A DNA stretch of 32,000 nt from Candidatus Baldrarchaeum yapensis. Lineage in GTDB: Archaea > Asgardarchaeota > Baldrarchaeia > Baldrarchaeales > Baldrarchaeaceae. The position numbers and the translations under genes were made by a program. Location of the stretch: NCBI GenBank assembly GCA_016840465.1, contig JAEOSH010000015.1, forward strand, positions 11,803 through 43,802, given 5' to 3'. This document shows positions 1 through 10,193 of the stretch, piece after piece. How positions within the stretch are numbered: position 1 is the stretch's first letter; each line of letters begins with the position of its first letter. Under the pieces are notes generated by a model. It saw only the letters and a list, made by a program, of their open reading frames with translations, searched no databases and had not been told where the DNA came from.

Positions 1-1
1 G

Positions 2-334
2 ACAACGTTCTTCGACGATCGAGCCGTATTGTTTTATGAAGATCTCATATTCTCCGATGATAATGGTAGGGCGAGAAAGGCCCTGAAACCGCATCCTTAT
101 GGTCTCATAAGATGCCTAGAGGCGTTATCTCCGTTCGAATTGGCCGTTTATGTAGGGGATTCTGCCGAAGATGCCCTTCTTGTCGAGAATACTCGCAAGC
201 TCTATAGGAATGTAATGTTCATTGGGGTATATGCTTATACTCTGGATCCTCCTAGTGCGATAAAGACTTTCATGAGGTTGGGGGCCGCGGCAATTCTTCC
301 AACGGTGAACGAAATTGTGGAGGTGCTGAGGTGA
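2..334 (+). CDS. HAD-superfamily hydrolase, 5'-truncated by window edge; candidate histidinol-phosphate phosphatase
   Basis: Frame is open from base 2. HAD motif IV-like YVGDSAEDA. Stop overlaps hisB start (GTGA). Confidence 0.7.
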   Translation, partial: TTFFDDRAVLFYEDLIFSDDNGRARKALKPHPYGLIRCLEALSPFELAVYVGDSAEDALLVENTRKLYRNVMFIGVYAYTLDPPSAIKTFMRLGAAAILPTVNEIVEVLR

Positions 335-909
335 GGATTGTGGAAGGATTCATTGAAGTGTCACGTGAGACTTTGGAGACAAGGGTCAGGGTGAGGGTGA
401 GGCTTCGCGGAACGGGAAAGTTTGAGATAAGGACCACAATCCCGTTTCTTGATCATATGCTCAAGACCCTAGCGCTTCATAGCCTAATGGATCTGTATAT
501 CGATGCGGAGGGGGATCTGCACCACCATATTGCCGAGGATGTTGCCATAACCTTAGGGCAGGCGATAGGGAGGGCGCTGGGCAAAAGGGAGGGGTTAAGG
601 AGGTTCGGCTATGCAAAGGTTCCCATGGATGAAAGTTTAGCGGAGGCGGCGGTGGATCTTATAAGTAGACCTTTCGCAGTCGTCAACTTGAACCTCTCGG
701 CGGGGAGTATCGAGGGTTTTGATGCCAAGCTCTTAGTGCACTTCATTAGGAGTTTTGCATGTTCAATACCGGCAACGGTGCACGTGAACGTGATTTACGG
801 AGAGGATGACCACCACAAGGCGGAAGCCGCGTTTAAAGCGCTCGCCCTTGCCCTAAGGGATGCCTGGTCAAAGGTCAACTTTCCCACAACCGTGAAGGGG
901 GTCTACTGA
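331..909 (+). CDS. hisB: Imidazoleglycerol-phosphate dehydratase
   Basis: FLDHML, DLHHHIAED, PMDES and DDHHKAEAAFKA metal-binding motifs; his operon context. Confidence 0.97.
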   Translation: MRIVEGFIEVSRETLETRVRVRVRLRGTGKFEIRTTIPFLDHMLKTLALHSLMDLYIDAEGDLHHHIAEDVAITLGQAIGRALGKREGLRRFGYAKVPMDESLAEAAVDLISRPFAVVNLNLSAGSIEGFDAKLLVHFIRSFACSIPATVHVNVIYGEDDHHKAEAAFKALALALRDAWSKVNFPTTVKGVY

Positions 910-1508
910 TGCGCATCTTCATTGTGAATACGGGAGTCGGCAACATCTTCAGTTTGAAAACGGCGTTTAAGAGGTTAGGACATAAAACCACCATAAGTTT
1001 GTCAGAGGAGGAGTTGAGGACCTCGGATGCCATCGTTATACCGGGGGTCGGCAATTTCGAGAGCGCGGTGAAAAGGATAGAACACATAAGGGTAGCTATC
1101 ATCGATGAGGTGCTTTCGGGGAAGCCTTTGTTGGGGATATGTCTCGGATATCAGTTATTGTTTGAGAGTAGTGAGGAGGGTCGCGGGAAAGGTCTTGGCA
1201 TCTTCAGAGGCAGGGTTATGAGGCTTCCAAACACAGTAAGGGTGCCACATATGGGCTGGAACACGATAGAGAACTTAAGACCTAGTCCTTTGGTCGATGG
1301 CATCCGGGATGAGAGTTTCGTGTATTTTGCACATTCTTACTACCCGGTCCCCCGCGAAAACATTACAATCGCGGAAACGACATACGGCGTCACGTTTCCG
1401 AGCATTGGCGGACGAGAACCCGTGTATGGGGTTCAATTCCACCCCGAGAGGTCCGGTAAAGTGGGTTTGCAGATACTCAGAAACTTCTGTGAGGTGGTCC
1501 ACCGGTGA
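909..1508 (+). CDS. hisH: Imidazole glycerol phosphate synthase, glutamine amidotransferase subunit
   Basis: PGVGNF, LGICLGYQ (catalytic Cys), VPHMGWN, QFHPERSG. Confidence 0.97.
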   Translation: MRIFIVNTGVGNIFSLKTAFKRLGHKTTISLSEEELRTSDAIVIPGVGNFESAVKRIEHIRVAIIDEVLSGKPLLGICLGYQLLFESSEEGRGKGLGIFRGRVMRLPNTVRVPHMGWNTIENLRPSPLVDGIRDESFVYFAHSYYPVPRENITIAETTYGVTFPSIGGREPVYGVQFHPERSGKVGLQILRNFCEVVHR

Positions 1509-2248
1509 TGGTGATTCCCAGTATCGATTTGCTTGGTGGCCGCGTGGTGAGACTTGTTAAGGGTAGGGTGGAGAACGTCAAGGAGTACGGCAGGAATCCC
1601 TTAAAAATCGCGGAGGAATTTCTCGATGCGGGCGCTGAAATAATCCATGTGGTGGATTTGGATGCTGCCATGGAGAGGGGATCAAATACCAGGATAATTT
1701 TGGAGATGGCGTCCGCGGGGGTTCCAATGCAGGTCGGCGGTGGAATAAGGTCGCTCGACCGCGCGCTTGAATTAATAGAGGGAGGGGTTAGGAGGGTGAT
1801 TCTGGGAACTGCTGCTATAAAGAGCCCAAACATGGTGGAAGAATTGCTTAATATGGTATCTGGGGACTGTGTAGCCGTGTCAATTGATTATTCGGGCTCT
1901 AGAACCATGATCAGAGGATGGATGGAGAGCGTGGGGCTTCCTCCGTTGGAAGTGGCGAGGCGCCTTGAGGAAATAGGCGTGAGGTGGTTCATTTTCACCT
2001 CAGTTGACAGGGATGGAACGTTAATGGGACCGGACGTTAGTGGCATGATGCTCGTTAGGAAGACCATTAAGGGGAAGGTTATTGCCTCGGGCGGAATCTC
2101 ATCGATTGGGCATATTCTTGATCTTAAGAGGATAGGGGTTGATGGCGTGGTACTCGGTAAAGCCATCTATGAGGGAATTATAGACCTGAGAGAGGCGATA
2201 AGGGTGGTAACTCGTGCCGCTGGCGAAAAGGATAATTCCCTGTCTTGA
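1505..2248 (+). CDS. hisA: ProFAR isomerase
   Basis: [49 protein letters not shown]. Confidence 0.96.
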   Translation: MMVIPSIDLLGGRVVRLVKGRVENVKEYGRNPLKIAEEFLDAGAEIIHVVDLDAAMERGSNTRIILEMASAGVPMQVGGGIRSLDRALELIEGGVRRVILGTAAIKSPNMVEELLNMVSGDCVAVSIDYSGSRTMIRGWMESVGLPPLEVARRLEEIGVRWFIFTSVDRDGTLMGPDVSGMMLVRKTIKGKVIASGGISSIGHILDLKRIGVDGVVLGKAIYEGIIDLREAIRVVTRAAGEKDNSLS

Positions 2249-3020
2249 TGTGGACAAGGGACGGGTGGTAAAAGGGGTAAAATTTGTGAATTTGAGAGAT
2301 GCTGGGGACCCGGTGGAGCTTGCGTCATATTACAGCGAGGAGGGTGCGGACGAAATAGTATTTCTGGACATAACGGCATCCGTGGAAGGGAGGAAAATCA
2401 TGGTTGATGTTGTGAGGAGGGTTGCGGAAAACATAGATATACCCTTCACGGTCGGCGGGGGAATCAGAACTGTCGATAACGCGAGAGAGTTGCTGAGCAG
2501 TGGTGCGGACAAGGTTTCGATAAACACCCTTGCCATTAGAAGGCCGGAGGCGATCACCGAATTATCCCAGGAGTTTGGATCCCAGTGCGTCGTTGTGGCG
2601 ATAGATGCGAAAAGGAACTTCGACACCTCGGCCCCTGTGCCCAAGGTAGTAATCAGGGAGGGCGATCAAGAGTTCTGGTTTGAGGCGTACATCTATGGTG
2701 GGAGGGTGCCCACCGGGATAGATGCAATACTCTGGGCTAAAAGAGCGGAAGAGTTGGGTGCGGGCGAGATCTTATTAACATCTATCGACAGGGATGGAAC
2801 TGGACTCGGTTATGACATTACCCTCTTGAGGGCGGTTGTGGGCGCGGTGAACATACCGGTCATTGCGAGCGGGGGTGCAGGGAGGCCTGAGCACCTACTT
2901 GAGGCTTTCAAAGCGGGGGCTGATGCTGCTCTTGCTGCGAGTATATTCCATTATAGGAGGTATAGCATCCGCGACGTTAAGATGTATCTCAGGAGGGCGG
3001 GGGTGGTGGTTAGACTATGA
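2214..3020 (+). CDS. hisF: Imidazole glycerol phosphate synthase cyclase subunit
   Basis: [47 protein letters not shown]. Confidence 0.98.
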   Translation: MPLAKRIIPCLDVDKGRVVKGVKFVNLRDAGDPVELASYYSEEGADEIVFLDITASVEGRKIMVDVVRRVAENIDIPFTVGGGIRTVDNARELLSSGADKVSINTLAIRRPEAITELSQEFGSQCVVVAIDAKRNFDTSAPVPKVVIREGDQEFWFEAYIYGGRVPTGIDAILWAKRAEELGAGEILLTSIDRDGTGLGYDITLLRAVVGAVNIPVIASGGAGRPEHLLEAFKAGADAALAASIFHYRRYSIRDVKMYLRRAGVVVRL

Positions 3021-3364
3021 GGAAGTTGAAGGTCGTTGGTGTGGATGAAATAGATTTTGAGAAGGGAGGTGGGCTCGTACCAGTCGTTGTACAGGATGTA
3101 AAGACAGGTGAGGTTCTGATGCTCGCTTATATGAACAGGGAGGCTCTTAAAAGAACTCTGGAGACGGGGCTTGCTCATTATTATAGCAGAAGTAGAAAAA
3201 GACTGTGGATGAAGGGAGAAACTAGCGGAAACATACAAAAGGTAAAGGAAATACTGGTGGACTGCGACAACGACGCCATACTTCTCAAGGTGGAGCAGGT
3301 GGGCGTTGCGTGCCACACTGGCGAGTATTCATGCTTTCATAAGGCGCTCAAATTGAGAGGCTAG
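3017..3364 (+). CDS. hisI: Phosphoribosyl-AMP cyclohydrolase (no HisE domain)
   Basis: [47 protein letters not shown]. Confidence 0.96.
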   Translation: MRKLKVVGVDEIDFEKGGGLVPVVVQDVKTGEVLMLAYMNREALKRTLETGLAHYYSRSRKRLWMKGETSGNIQKVKEILVDCDNDAILLKVEQVGVACHTGEYSCFHKALKLRG

Positions 3365-3471
3365 ACACACATTTTCCCATGTAATACGAATTTATTTTTG
3401 TCTATTCGATTCTTTCACGGCTACTTCTTTTAAGACGATTTTGTCACCATTATGGCATTGTATCATTTTAG

Positions 3472-3497
3472 AAATGTTTAACAAAATGTTAAATGTT
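3472..3497. promoter_or_regulatory. Candidate autoregulatory operator upstream of TA pair
   Basis: Perfect inverted repeat TTTAACA-AAA-TGTTAAA (3477-3493), overlapped by three AAATGTT direct repeats (3472, 3484, 3491). Confidence 0.5.
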
Positions 3498-3510
3498 CAT
3501 AAGATTGGTG

Positions 3511-4116
3511 ATGCCAATGTTGTCAAAGGGAGTTATGAGAGTACTGGAGGTTTTGGTGGAGGAGGGCAGGCCTCTTAGGAAGGTTGAAATTGCGAAAAAG
3601 GCAGGAATCACGCCGGCTGCGGTTACGAAAATTATAAGAAAGTTGCGTGAGTTCGGGATTGTCAGGAGGGATAACGGTGCGTATTCTTTGAACGAAGTGA
3701 ACCCCCTCGCATCGGTTCTGCGGGATTGGATCGTGGCTATGAAAATGCCGGTGGTGGAGGTGTTTCGGATCCTAGACAGGGCGGTCTTTAAGTATGGGTG
3801 CTATGCGGGGAAGTCTGCACTTCTAGTTTTCCAGAAATACCTAAAATCGGGTGTGCGATACGAGGGAGAAATAGAGGTGCTCGTGCGTAGGGACAGAATT
3901 GAAGACTTCTTGAGAGAAACAAAGATTCCGAGGTTGAGACTGACATTGAGGGTGATTCCATGCGACCCCTCCGATATTTCCGATTCTGTTGAGGAGGTAG
4001 GAGTGAGTGGGGAACTCACAAAGGTAATTCCCCCGTGGAGGCTTGTGGAGGAACTCAAAAGACACGGCATCATTACAATAGCGGAAGAACTGGAGGAAGT
4101 TTTTCTTGCACGATGA
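3511..4116 (+). CDS. Winged-helix HTH protein, AbiEi-like type IV antitoxin
   Basis: N-terminal wHTH (LRKVEIAKKAGITPAAVTKIIRKLREFGIV); overlaps downstream nucleotidyltransferase by 11 nt. Start is probably 3511 or 3517, behind GGTGAT. Confidence 0.65.
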   Translation: MPMLSKGVMRVLEVLVEEGRPLRKVEIAKKAGITPAAVTKIIRKLREFGIVRRDNGAYSLNEVNPLASVLRDWIVAMKMPVVEVFRILDRAVFKYGCYAGKSALLVFQKYLKSGVRYEGEIEVLVRRDRIEDFLRETKIPRLRLTLRVIPCDPSDISDSVEEVGVSGELTKVIPPWRLVEELKRHGIITIAEELEEVFLAR

Positions 4117-5290
4117 TCTTAGGTCCGAGATTGAAAGGTTTCTCGAGTGGCTGAAGGGAGATAGGACAGAAGAGGAGGAAAGTGATTACGCCAAGGCTAT
4201 CGCACTAAAAATACTGAACACGGCCGCCCGAGGGCAGATGTCTCTATCGGGAGGAACCGGGCTGTACTATTTCCTAATACCCGAAGAATGGAGATTTTCA
4301 AGAGATCTGGACTTTGAGGTCGACAAGCGCCGAGTTAGGAGCGTCAGGAATTTTGCAGAGAGTATTGTGACATCCGCGAATGACGTTCTGAAGCGGCTAA
4401 GCTTGTATAGAGAAATAGTTATAGGTGACGCCACCATTACAGTACTGGGCTTTGTTCTCAAGGAAAGCAGAGGAATAACTGCCAGAATGGCATTTCAATT
4501 CCCAAGTCCACGGGGTAGAGATTTATCGACGTTTGTTCCTCGGTCGGAGAGAAAGAGGCCCGATCTTGCGGGGGCGCTGATTACGCTCAAAAGAGAGGTT
4601 GGAAGAATAAAGGAAATCGAAGTATCCATTACATCTACAACAATTATAAGAAGTGAAGAGGTGGAGAGCAAAAAATTGCCCCTTTCCGTAAGAGTTTTGT
4701 GCAACAGCCTTGAGGATCATCTCTTTAACAAATTAATGGCCGTATATCGTGGTGCCGTCATAGAGGGAATAATCAGGGAGGAGGAAAAGGTTCCCTTGGG
4801 GGCAAGTGGTAGGAGGAGAGTGCATGGCAGAGACATATATGACCTCTACGCAATTCTTAGAAGAGGACAATTGAACCCACAAGCCGTGAGAGCAAAATGC
4901 TGGCGTGAGGGTGTCTCCTATCCTCACCTATTGTTATCAGTAGTATGGGCGTTGGAGAGAATAAAGATGCGTCATGATCTTTTAAGGGACGTTGAGTGGA
5001 GAGTGCCTCCCGAACGCCGTCCGACCGACCTATCCTCAATGTGTGATTACATTGCCAATAGGTTGCGTCTCCTCCTCCCTCTAAGATTCTACATATTATC
5101 AAAATATGCAGTTACAACAGGGGAGCTTCTCACCCTGGCGCCCAAATCAACTGTATACTACACCCTAGCGAGATTGAAAAAAGAGGGGCTGCTGGAGGAA
5201 GTTGTAGATGAAAGGGATGAACGTAGGAGGATCTGGATTGTAAAGTTCCGTCCGTATCCTGAAAAACGGCATTCTGAGATTGATGCTTGA
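4106..5290 (+). CDS. AbiEii/DUF1814-like nucleotidyltransferase toxin with extra C-terminal wHTH-like domain
   Basis: SGGTGL...RFSRDLDF, NKLMAV and RDIYDL motifs typical of AbiEii-family NTases. Confidence 0.75.
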   Translation: MHDDLRSEIERFLEWLKGDRTEEEESDYAKAIALKILNTAARGQMSLSGGTGLYYFLIPEEWRFSRDLDFEVDKRRVRSVRNFAESIVTSANDVLKRLSLYREIVIGDATITVLGFVLKESRGITARMAFQFPSPRGRDLSTFVPRSERKRPDLAGALITLKREVGRIKEIEVSITSTTIIRSEEVESKKLPLSVRVLCNSLEDHLFNKLMAVYRGAVIEGIIREEEKVPLGASGRRRVHGRDIYDLYAILRRGQLNPQAVRAKCWREGVSYPHLLLSVVWALERIKMRHDLLRDVEWRVPPERRPTDLSSMCDYIANRLRLLLPLRFYILSKYAVTTGELLTLAPKSTVYYTLARLKKEGLLEEVVDERDERRRIWIVKFRPYPEKRHSEIDA

Positions 5291-5473
5291 TGAGAAGTAT
5301 TTGTAATCGCCAATGCCATTATCAAGCACTCTTAGCAGGAACAACTTGCTTTTTTCGTTGAAAACCGATTATAAACGGCAAACAGCCATTGCCTCGGCAT
5401 CTTTAAATAAAGGATGAGGTATCGCTATCATTTAGTCACGTTCCTATGACTGCTTCTGAGAGGAGAAAAGAGA

Positions 5474-5956
5474 ATGAGTGCAAGGTATTGCCCGTACTGT
5501 GGATCCGTGTTGCCGCCGGGGGCAGCGTTCTGTCCGGTTTGTGGGGCTAATATCGCTCCACCTGAGGCAGTTCCTCCCGTTCCTTATGCTCGACCAACTC
5601 AGCAACCCAGCCCAGTTGCTCCCTCACCACCTCCATCACCTACTATTATGATCGACACAAAGAGCCCTGAACTTGCTGCCATCCTGTCACTGATAATTGC
5701 GGGTCTCGGACAAATATATGTTGGGAGAATCCTCAGGGGCCTCATTATAATGTTTGTCCTGGTGCCATTGTTATGGGGGTCGATAGTACTAGGTGCATTT
5801 ATGCTGATATTCGCTTTTTGCGTTGCCAGATTTATATTCTCGGTGGTATTCGCTCTGATCACCTTTGTTGTATGGATATGGCAAATAATCGACGCCTATG
5901 AGCTTGCCAAGCAATATAATAGTATTCTGATGGCCACTGGGCGGCCACCATGGTAA
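5474..5956 (+). CDS. Zinc-ribbon, Pro-rich, TM2-like membrane protein
   Basis: CPYCG...CPVCG, Pro-rich linker, AAILSLIIAGLGQIYVG plus further hydrophobic helices; RBS GAGGAG. Confidence 0.8.
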   Translation: MSARYCPYCGSVLPPGAAFCPVCGANIAPPEAVPPVPYARPTQQPSPVAPSPPPSPTIMIDTKSPELAAILSLIIAGLGQIYVGRILRGLIIMFVLVPLLWGSIVLGAFMLIFAFCVARFIFSVVFALITFVVWIWQIIDAYELAKQYNSILMATGRPPW

Positions 5957-6012
5957 AATCGAGTTGAGGACAGAGATTGAAATTTGCAGAGCGAAATCTC
6001 CGGTGGTGAGAA

Positions 6013-6660
6013 TTGCCTTTCGTAATTGTCCTGCTATATTGGACGATTGTGGTAATACTTCTATGGGCGTTCACCGTTCAGGTGGTTCTCAGAATAATCC
6101 GGCGATATGTCCACTTTCCGATGCCTGCATTCTTTAACCGCCTGATTGATAACCCTCTGAGAAGGAGAATACAGTCCCCACGAAAGATAATCGATTGGAT
6201 GGGGCTGTCACCTAATACGGTAATCCTAGAGATTGGGGCAGGACCTGGAACCTTCACCATAGAAGCCGCCAGACGTATCGAAAATGAGAGGAGGGTCGTG
6301 GCTCTGGACGTACAACCCGCAATGATATCAGTGCTTGTCAAAAAACTAGAAAAAGAGAAGATGACGAATGTCGAGTCAATAATAGGATCCGCTCTCAGCC
6401 TACCATTTTTAGACGATTCTTTTGATGGAAGCTTCATGATTACGGTCTTAGGGGAGCTCCCAGATAAGAGTGAGGCATTACTGGAAGTGAGGAGGGTTTT
6501 AAGAGGGGAAGGAGAACTTGCAATAGGAGAGCTTTTATTTGATCCCGATTACCCGCGGAAAAAGACAATATTGCGGCTGTGTAAAGATGCGGGATTCGAA
6601 CTTATCAGTGAGTACGGTCGATTTCTGCATTATCTGCTCGTATTTCGAAAGCCCGCATAG
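6013..6660 (+). CDS. Class I SAM-dependent methyltransferase with N-terminal membrane anchor
   Basis: ILEIGAGPG motif I, VVALDVQ, LPFLDDSFD. Confidence 0.88.
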   Translation: MPFVIVLLYWTIVVILLWAFTVQVVLRIIRRYVHFPMPAFFNRLIDNPLRRRIQSPRKIIDWMGLSPNTVILEIGAGPGTFTIEAARRIENERRVVALDVQPAMISVLVKKLEKEKMTNVESIIGSALSLPFLDDSFDGSFMITVLGELPDKSEALLEVRRVLRGEGELAIGELLFDPDYPRKKTILRLCKDAGFELISEYGRFLHYLLVFRKPA

Positions 6661-6672
6661 GAGGGAAAAGCT

Positions 6673-7365
6673 ATGCCCATTTCCTTAGAAGAGGCCAAAA
6701 GGATAAACCCGGACCTCAACCCTAAGTTGTTCCTTCCGGATCCTAGGGACGTTCTGAGAGCATTGGACGAGACTCCGGTCAAGGAGTGGCTTGAGTTCAT
6801 AGCGGAAGAACACGTTCCTCCCGTTGAAAATGCACGATTGGTTTTCGTCCCGTGTGCAGCCAAGAAGCCTTATGATCCTCCTAGAAATATCTTACATAGG
6901 AAGTTAATAGAACTGGAAAAGGAGCATCCTGACCTGTATTTTGTCGCAGTATCGGAGCCCCTCGCCCTCGAGCCCCGCGAATACTGGAATTTCAAGTGGC
7001 GCGGTTACAATCTGATATATGATGCACCGTTCTTCCCGTGGATCGAAAGATACGGCTACAAGTGGGATGAGAAGATAGCGGAGGAGGTCTGGCGGAAGCT
7101 CTCACTCGTGGCGGAGAAGTGGTACCGCAGGAATCGCCATCTTTTCAGAGTGGTGATATGTTACGCCGCACCCGGATCCTCATATAGAAGAATCCTGAGC
7201 AAAGTAAAAGCCGACTACTACATCCCCGATAAGGAACCATCGGTCGAGATTTCGTACGAAGAAAACGTAGAACGAATATACACGCACCCCTACTCCTGGT
7301 CGCAACTACTCAGAGTATTAGAGATCACGAAGAGAAATGCGCCTAACTCAGTACCTTCTCCTTAA
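6673..7365 (+). CDS. DUF5591-like protein (resembles central domain of archaeosine synthase ArcS/TgtA2)
   Basis: LVFVPCAAKKPY and VSEPLALEPRE...YDAP resemble the LLPCSxxKPY / TSPLGVVPRE...YD pattern. Confidence 0.55.
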   Translation: MPISLEEAKRINPDLNPKLFLPDPRDVLRALDETPVKEWLEFIAEEHVPPVENARLVFVPCAAKKPYDPPRNILHRKLIELEKEHPDLYFVAVSEPLALEPREYWNFKWRGYNLIYDAPFFPWIERYGYKWDEKIAEEVWRKLSLVAEKWYRRNRHLFRVVICYAAPGSSYRRILSKVKADYYIPDKEPSVEISYEENVERIYTHPYSWSQLLRVLEITKRNAPNSVPSP

Positions 7366-8607
7366 ACGGCCATAGCTGTTCGACATAAAACCTCTTCCTT
7401 GAGAAGATATCGGGAATCGCACCGTATATTATGCTCTGAACAACATACTTCCCAACCTCCTTGTGACGCACTACAGGCCTCTCCCCCGTCGCGCAGCGCA
7501 AAAAGTCCATGACATGATATATCTGCATCCCCGTCCTGTAAAGCCACATACCTCCCGACTGCGTTATCAGGCAACCGAGGCAGTAGGGCACAAGTATCTC
7601 CGCACCCGTTTCTCTGGCCTCTCTGAGCCTCTTCAGGATCCCGTATACAAGATCAAAAATGTTGTACCTCCTCACGCCATAACCCAGCCCGCAACACATC
7701 GCACGCATCTTTGCGTTTTTCATCTCCACTATTTCCAGCCCTAGCCCCTCCAGAATCCTTCTCTGCCCCTCCATGAACTCGTCTCCGAGAATCTTCGCAT
7801 GACAGGAATCCTGAACGGTGATGGTCCTCCTTATTTTCCTCTTAACGTCAACTCGCCCCTGTTCCCAGAGCCACTCAGTTAGATAATGCATTTCTGCACC
7901 TATGTCTATCCCGAAACGCGATGGGTATATTTTCGAGAGCATGTCGTAACATCCGGTACATAAGAAGAGAACAGTCCGTACATCGATCTTCCTGAAGAAG
8001 TCTTCAACCATTGTCGCCGCTTTAAAGGCTAGGTCTAGCATTCCCATCCTGTAATACATTTCTCCACAGCATATCTCAGGTGCCGCGATGACCGGAATTC
8101 CATCTAGAAGTTTCGTATAGGTCAAGTACGGAAGGGTCATAAGATTGCAGCCTGCGTATATAACCTCCTTTCCGCGTATTTTCAACCTCCTAGTACGCTC
8201 AACCCATTCCAAAATAGTCCTCCTATCTTCGGGAGGAAGTCTTCGGTGACGACGCTCCTGAAGTTCGGAAACCTGTGTGGAAGCATATATCTGACCCTTA
8301 GCGGCATTCCTCTCCTTCTTATGGATTCAAATTTGTTGTAAAGGATGAGTTCATATGGATTGCATCCCTCAGGACATAAAACATCACAGGTGAAACAACT
8401 AATGCATTTAGAAAGCGTGTAGCTTCTCTCTATCCCCTCTATTAGCAGTTTTATTTCTCCTCTCGCGAGATCTCTTGGTAAGTTTAATACCTGACACTCA
8501 CTAAGACACGTGCCACACAAATTGCACTTGTCGTTCGAGAAGAACCTTAATTTCCAGGTGCTCAACATTACAACACACGATACCAGTTTTTTGAGCATAA
8601 GCCTCAC
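7343..8607 (-). pseudogene. 4Fe-4S dicluster + CCG-domain (HdrD/GlpC-like) oxidoreductase split by one frameshift near 8240
   Basis: 8182-8607 has CNLCGTC and CISCFTCDVLCP. 7343-8212 has GCN, CCG, SCH and CCGLG. One added A at ACC GAA(A)GA CTT joins them as NFRSVVTERLPPEDRRTILEW. Confidence 0.75.
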
Positions 8608-8786
8608 ATTTTTATTTAGAATATGTTTTTCGATATTAAAACGTGTACGGCGGTCGCCGATTAATATTGTGATTTCGACTCGAACTTTCCCACTCTCGGG
8701 CCTCTATGGAAAATTTTGTAAATATTCACACAAAGATTACGCCCGATGTCTAAATGTGGAATGCTTATAATGTAGAGGTGGCATGA

Positions 8787-10178
8787 ATGAGATGGACATG
8801 GAAAAGGGCATTAGCCGGCCCGCGTGGTGTCGCAGTGGTCGGTGCCTCCAGAAATCCGCTCAAGTTGGGAACAAGGGTAATGTCTCAACTTATAAATCAC
8901 GGATATCCGAAGGATAGGGTCTTCCCCGTGAACCCTCGGGAACGAGAGGTCATGGGAAGGGAGTGCTACTCGTCGGTCAAGGATATCCCTGAAATCGTAG
9001 ATATTGCATGTATTGCCACCCCAGCTCGTACGGTACCCGATATTCTGAGAGATTGCGCTGATAAGGGAATAAAACTCGCAATAATATTTTCTGCCGGATT
9101 CTCCGAAGTAGGGAATGTTGAGCTTGACAGGAAAATTATGGAAATTGTGAACGAATACGGAATACGGGTGTGTGGCCCTAACTCTCAGGGAATCATTTCC
9201 ACTTATAATAATCTATGTGCGACCTTCAGCCTAAGCACCGAACTTCCAAACACACCAATAAAGGGAAACGTCGCAATAGTTTCCCAAAGTGGCGGGATCG
9301 GCGGCTCCATGCTAACCCACCTCTGGGACTCCAAGGTCGGAATCAGCCACTTCATTTCAACCGGAAACGAGTTAGATCTCTCCCTCGCGGACTTTGTGGA
9401 CTTCTTGGCGGAGGATATAAACACGAAAGTTATCATACTGCTCTTTGAGGTAATAAAGGACGTTGAAAAGTTCAAATTTAGCGTCGAAAACGCTAAGAGA
9501 AGTGGCAAGACAATCGTTGCGCTATGGGTCGGTCGAAGTAAGAAGGCTCGTGAACTCATAAAGTATCATACTGGTCTTAAGCCCCCAGAGGACGGGTACG
9601 AGGACCTTTTAGATGAACTAGAAATAATAACTCTCGAAAATGTAGAAGACTTGTGGGACTCTGCAATTGTGCTTTCGTGGCAACCGCCAGCACTTGGCAA
9701 CAGGATCGGCGTTATATCGACCAGCGGCGCTTTATGTTCGGTGATAACAGATTTGTTGGAGAAATATGGACTTTCGCTAGCGGATTTCGATGAAGAGACC
9801 AGAAACAGGCTCAGAAAAATTCTCCCGGAATTTTCTATACCAAAGAATCCGATTGACATGACCGGACAGATAATGTTAGATATTCTGATGATGAGAAGGA
9901 CCTTAGAAACACTTTTCGAGTGCCCTGAGGTTGATGCAATATTGATTGCAATAACAACAGCAGTCGGTCCGTTAGCTGAGAGGTTTATAAAAGATATCAT
10001 GATAGATGTCGGAAGCTTGCGCGAAAGATTTAATAAACCATTAATCGTATGCTGGCTCGCATCTAGGATGTTCTCCGAGAGAGCTTGGCGTATTCTGTTA
10101 GAAAAAAAGATTCCGGTCTACCCAACCCCTGAGAGGGCAGTAAGGGCGTTAAAACTTTTAACTAAAAAATATGAATAA
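8787..10178 (+). CDS. ADP-forming acyl-CoA synthetase alpha subunit (AcdA-like; CoA-binding + ligase domains)
   Basis: VAVVGASRNPLKLG, FSAGFSEVG, GPNSQG, SQSGG, STGNELD, His in KYHTG, KNPIDMTG. No ATP-grasp beta subunit in window. Confidence 0.88.
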   Translation: MRWTWKRALAGPRGVAVVGASRNPLKLGTRVMSQLINHGYPKDRVFPVNPREREVMGRECYSSVKDIPEIVDIACIATPARTVPDILRDCADKGIKLAIIFSAGFSEVGNVELDRKIMEIVNEYGIRVCGPNSQGIISTYNNLCATFSLSTELPNTPIKGNVAIVSQSGGIGGSMLTHLWDSKVGISHFISTGNELDLSLADFVDFLAEDINTKVIILLFEVIKDVEKFKFSVENAKRSGKTIVALWVGRSKKARELIKYHTGLKPPEDGYEDLLDELEIITLENVEDLWDSAIVLSWQPPALGNRIGVISTSGALCSVITDLLEKYGLSLADFDEETRNRLRKILPEFSIPKNPIDMTGQIMLDILMMRRTLETLFECPEVDAILIAITTAVGPLAERFIKDIMIDVGSLRERFNKPLIVCWLASRMFSERAWRILLEKKIPVYPTPERAVRALKLLTKKYE

Positions 10179-10193
10179 GGAGTCAAGTGCTGG

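Noticed and set aside
8783-8815. Possible extra G near the acyl-CoA synthetase start (MNEMDMEK-ALAGPRG would look more typical)
   Set aside because: In-frame ATG 8787 has good RBS spacing and yields a full protein; this cannot be decided without reads.
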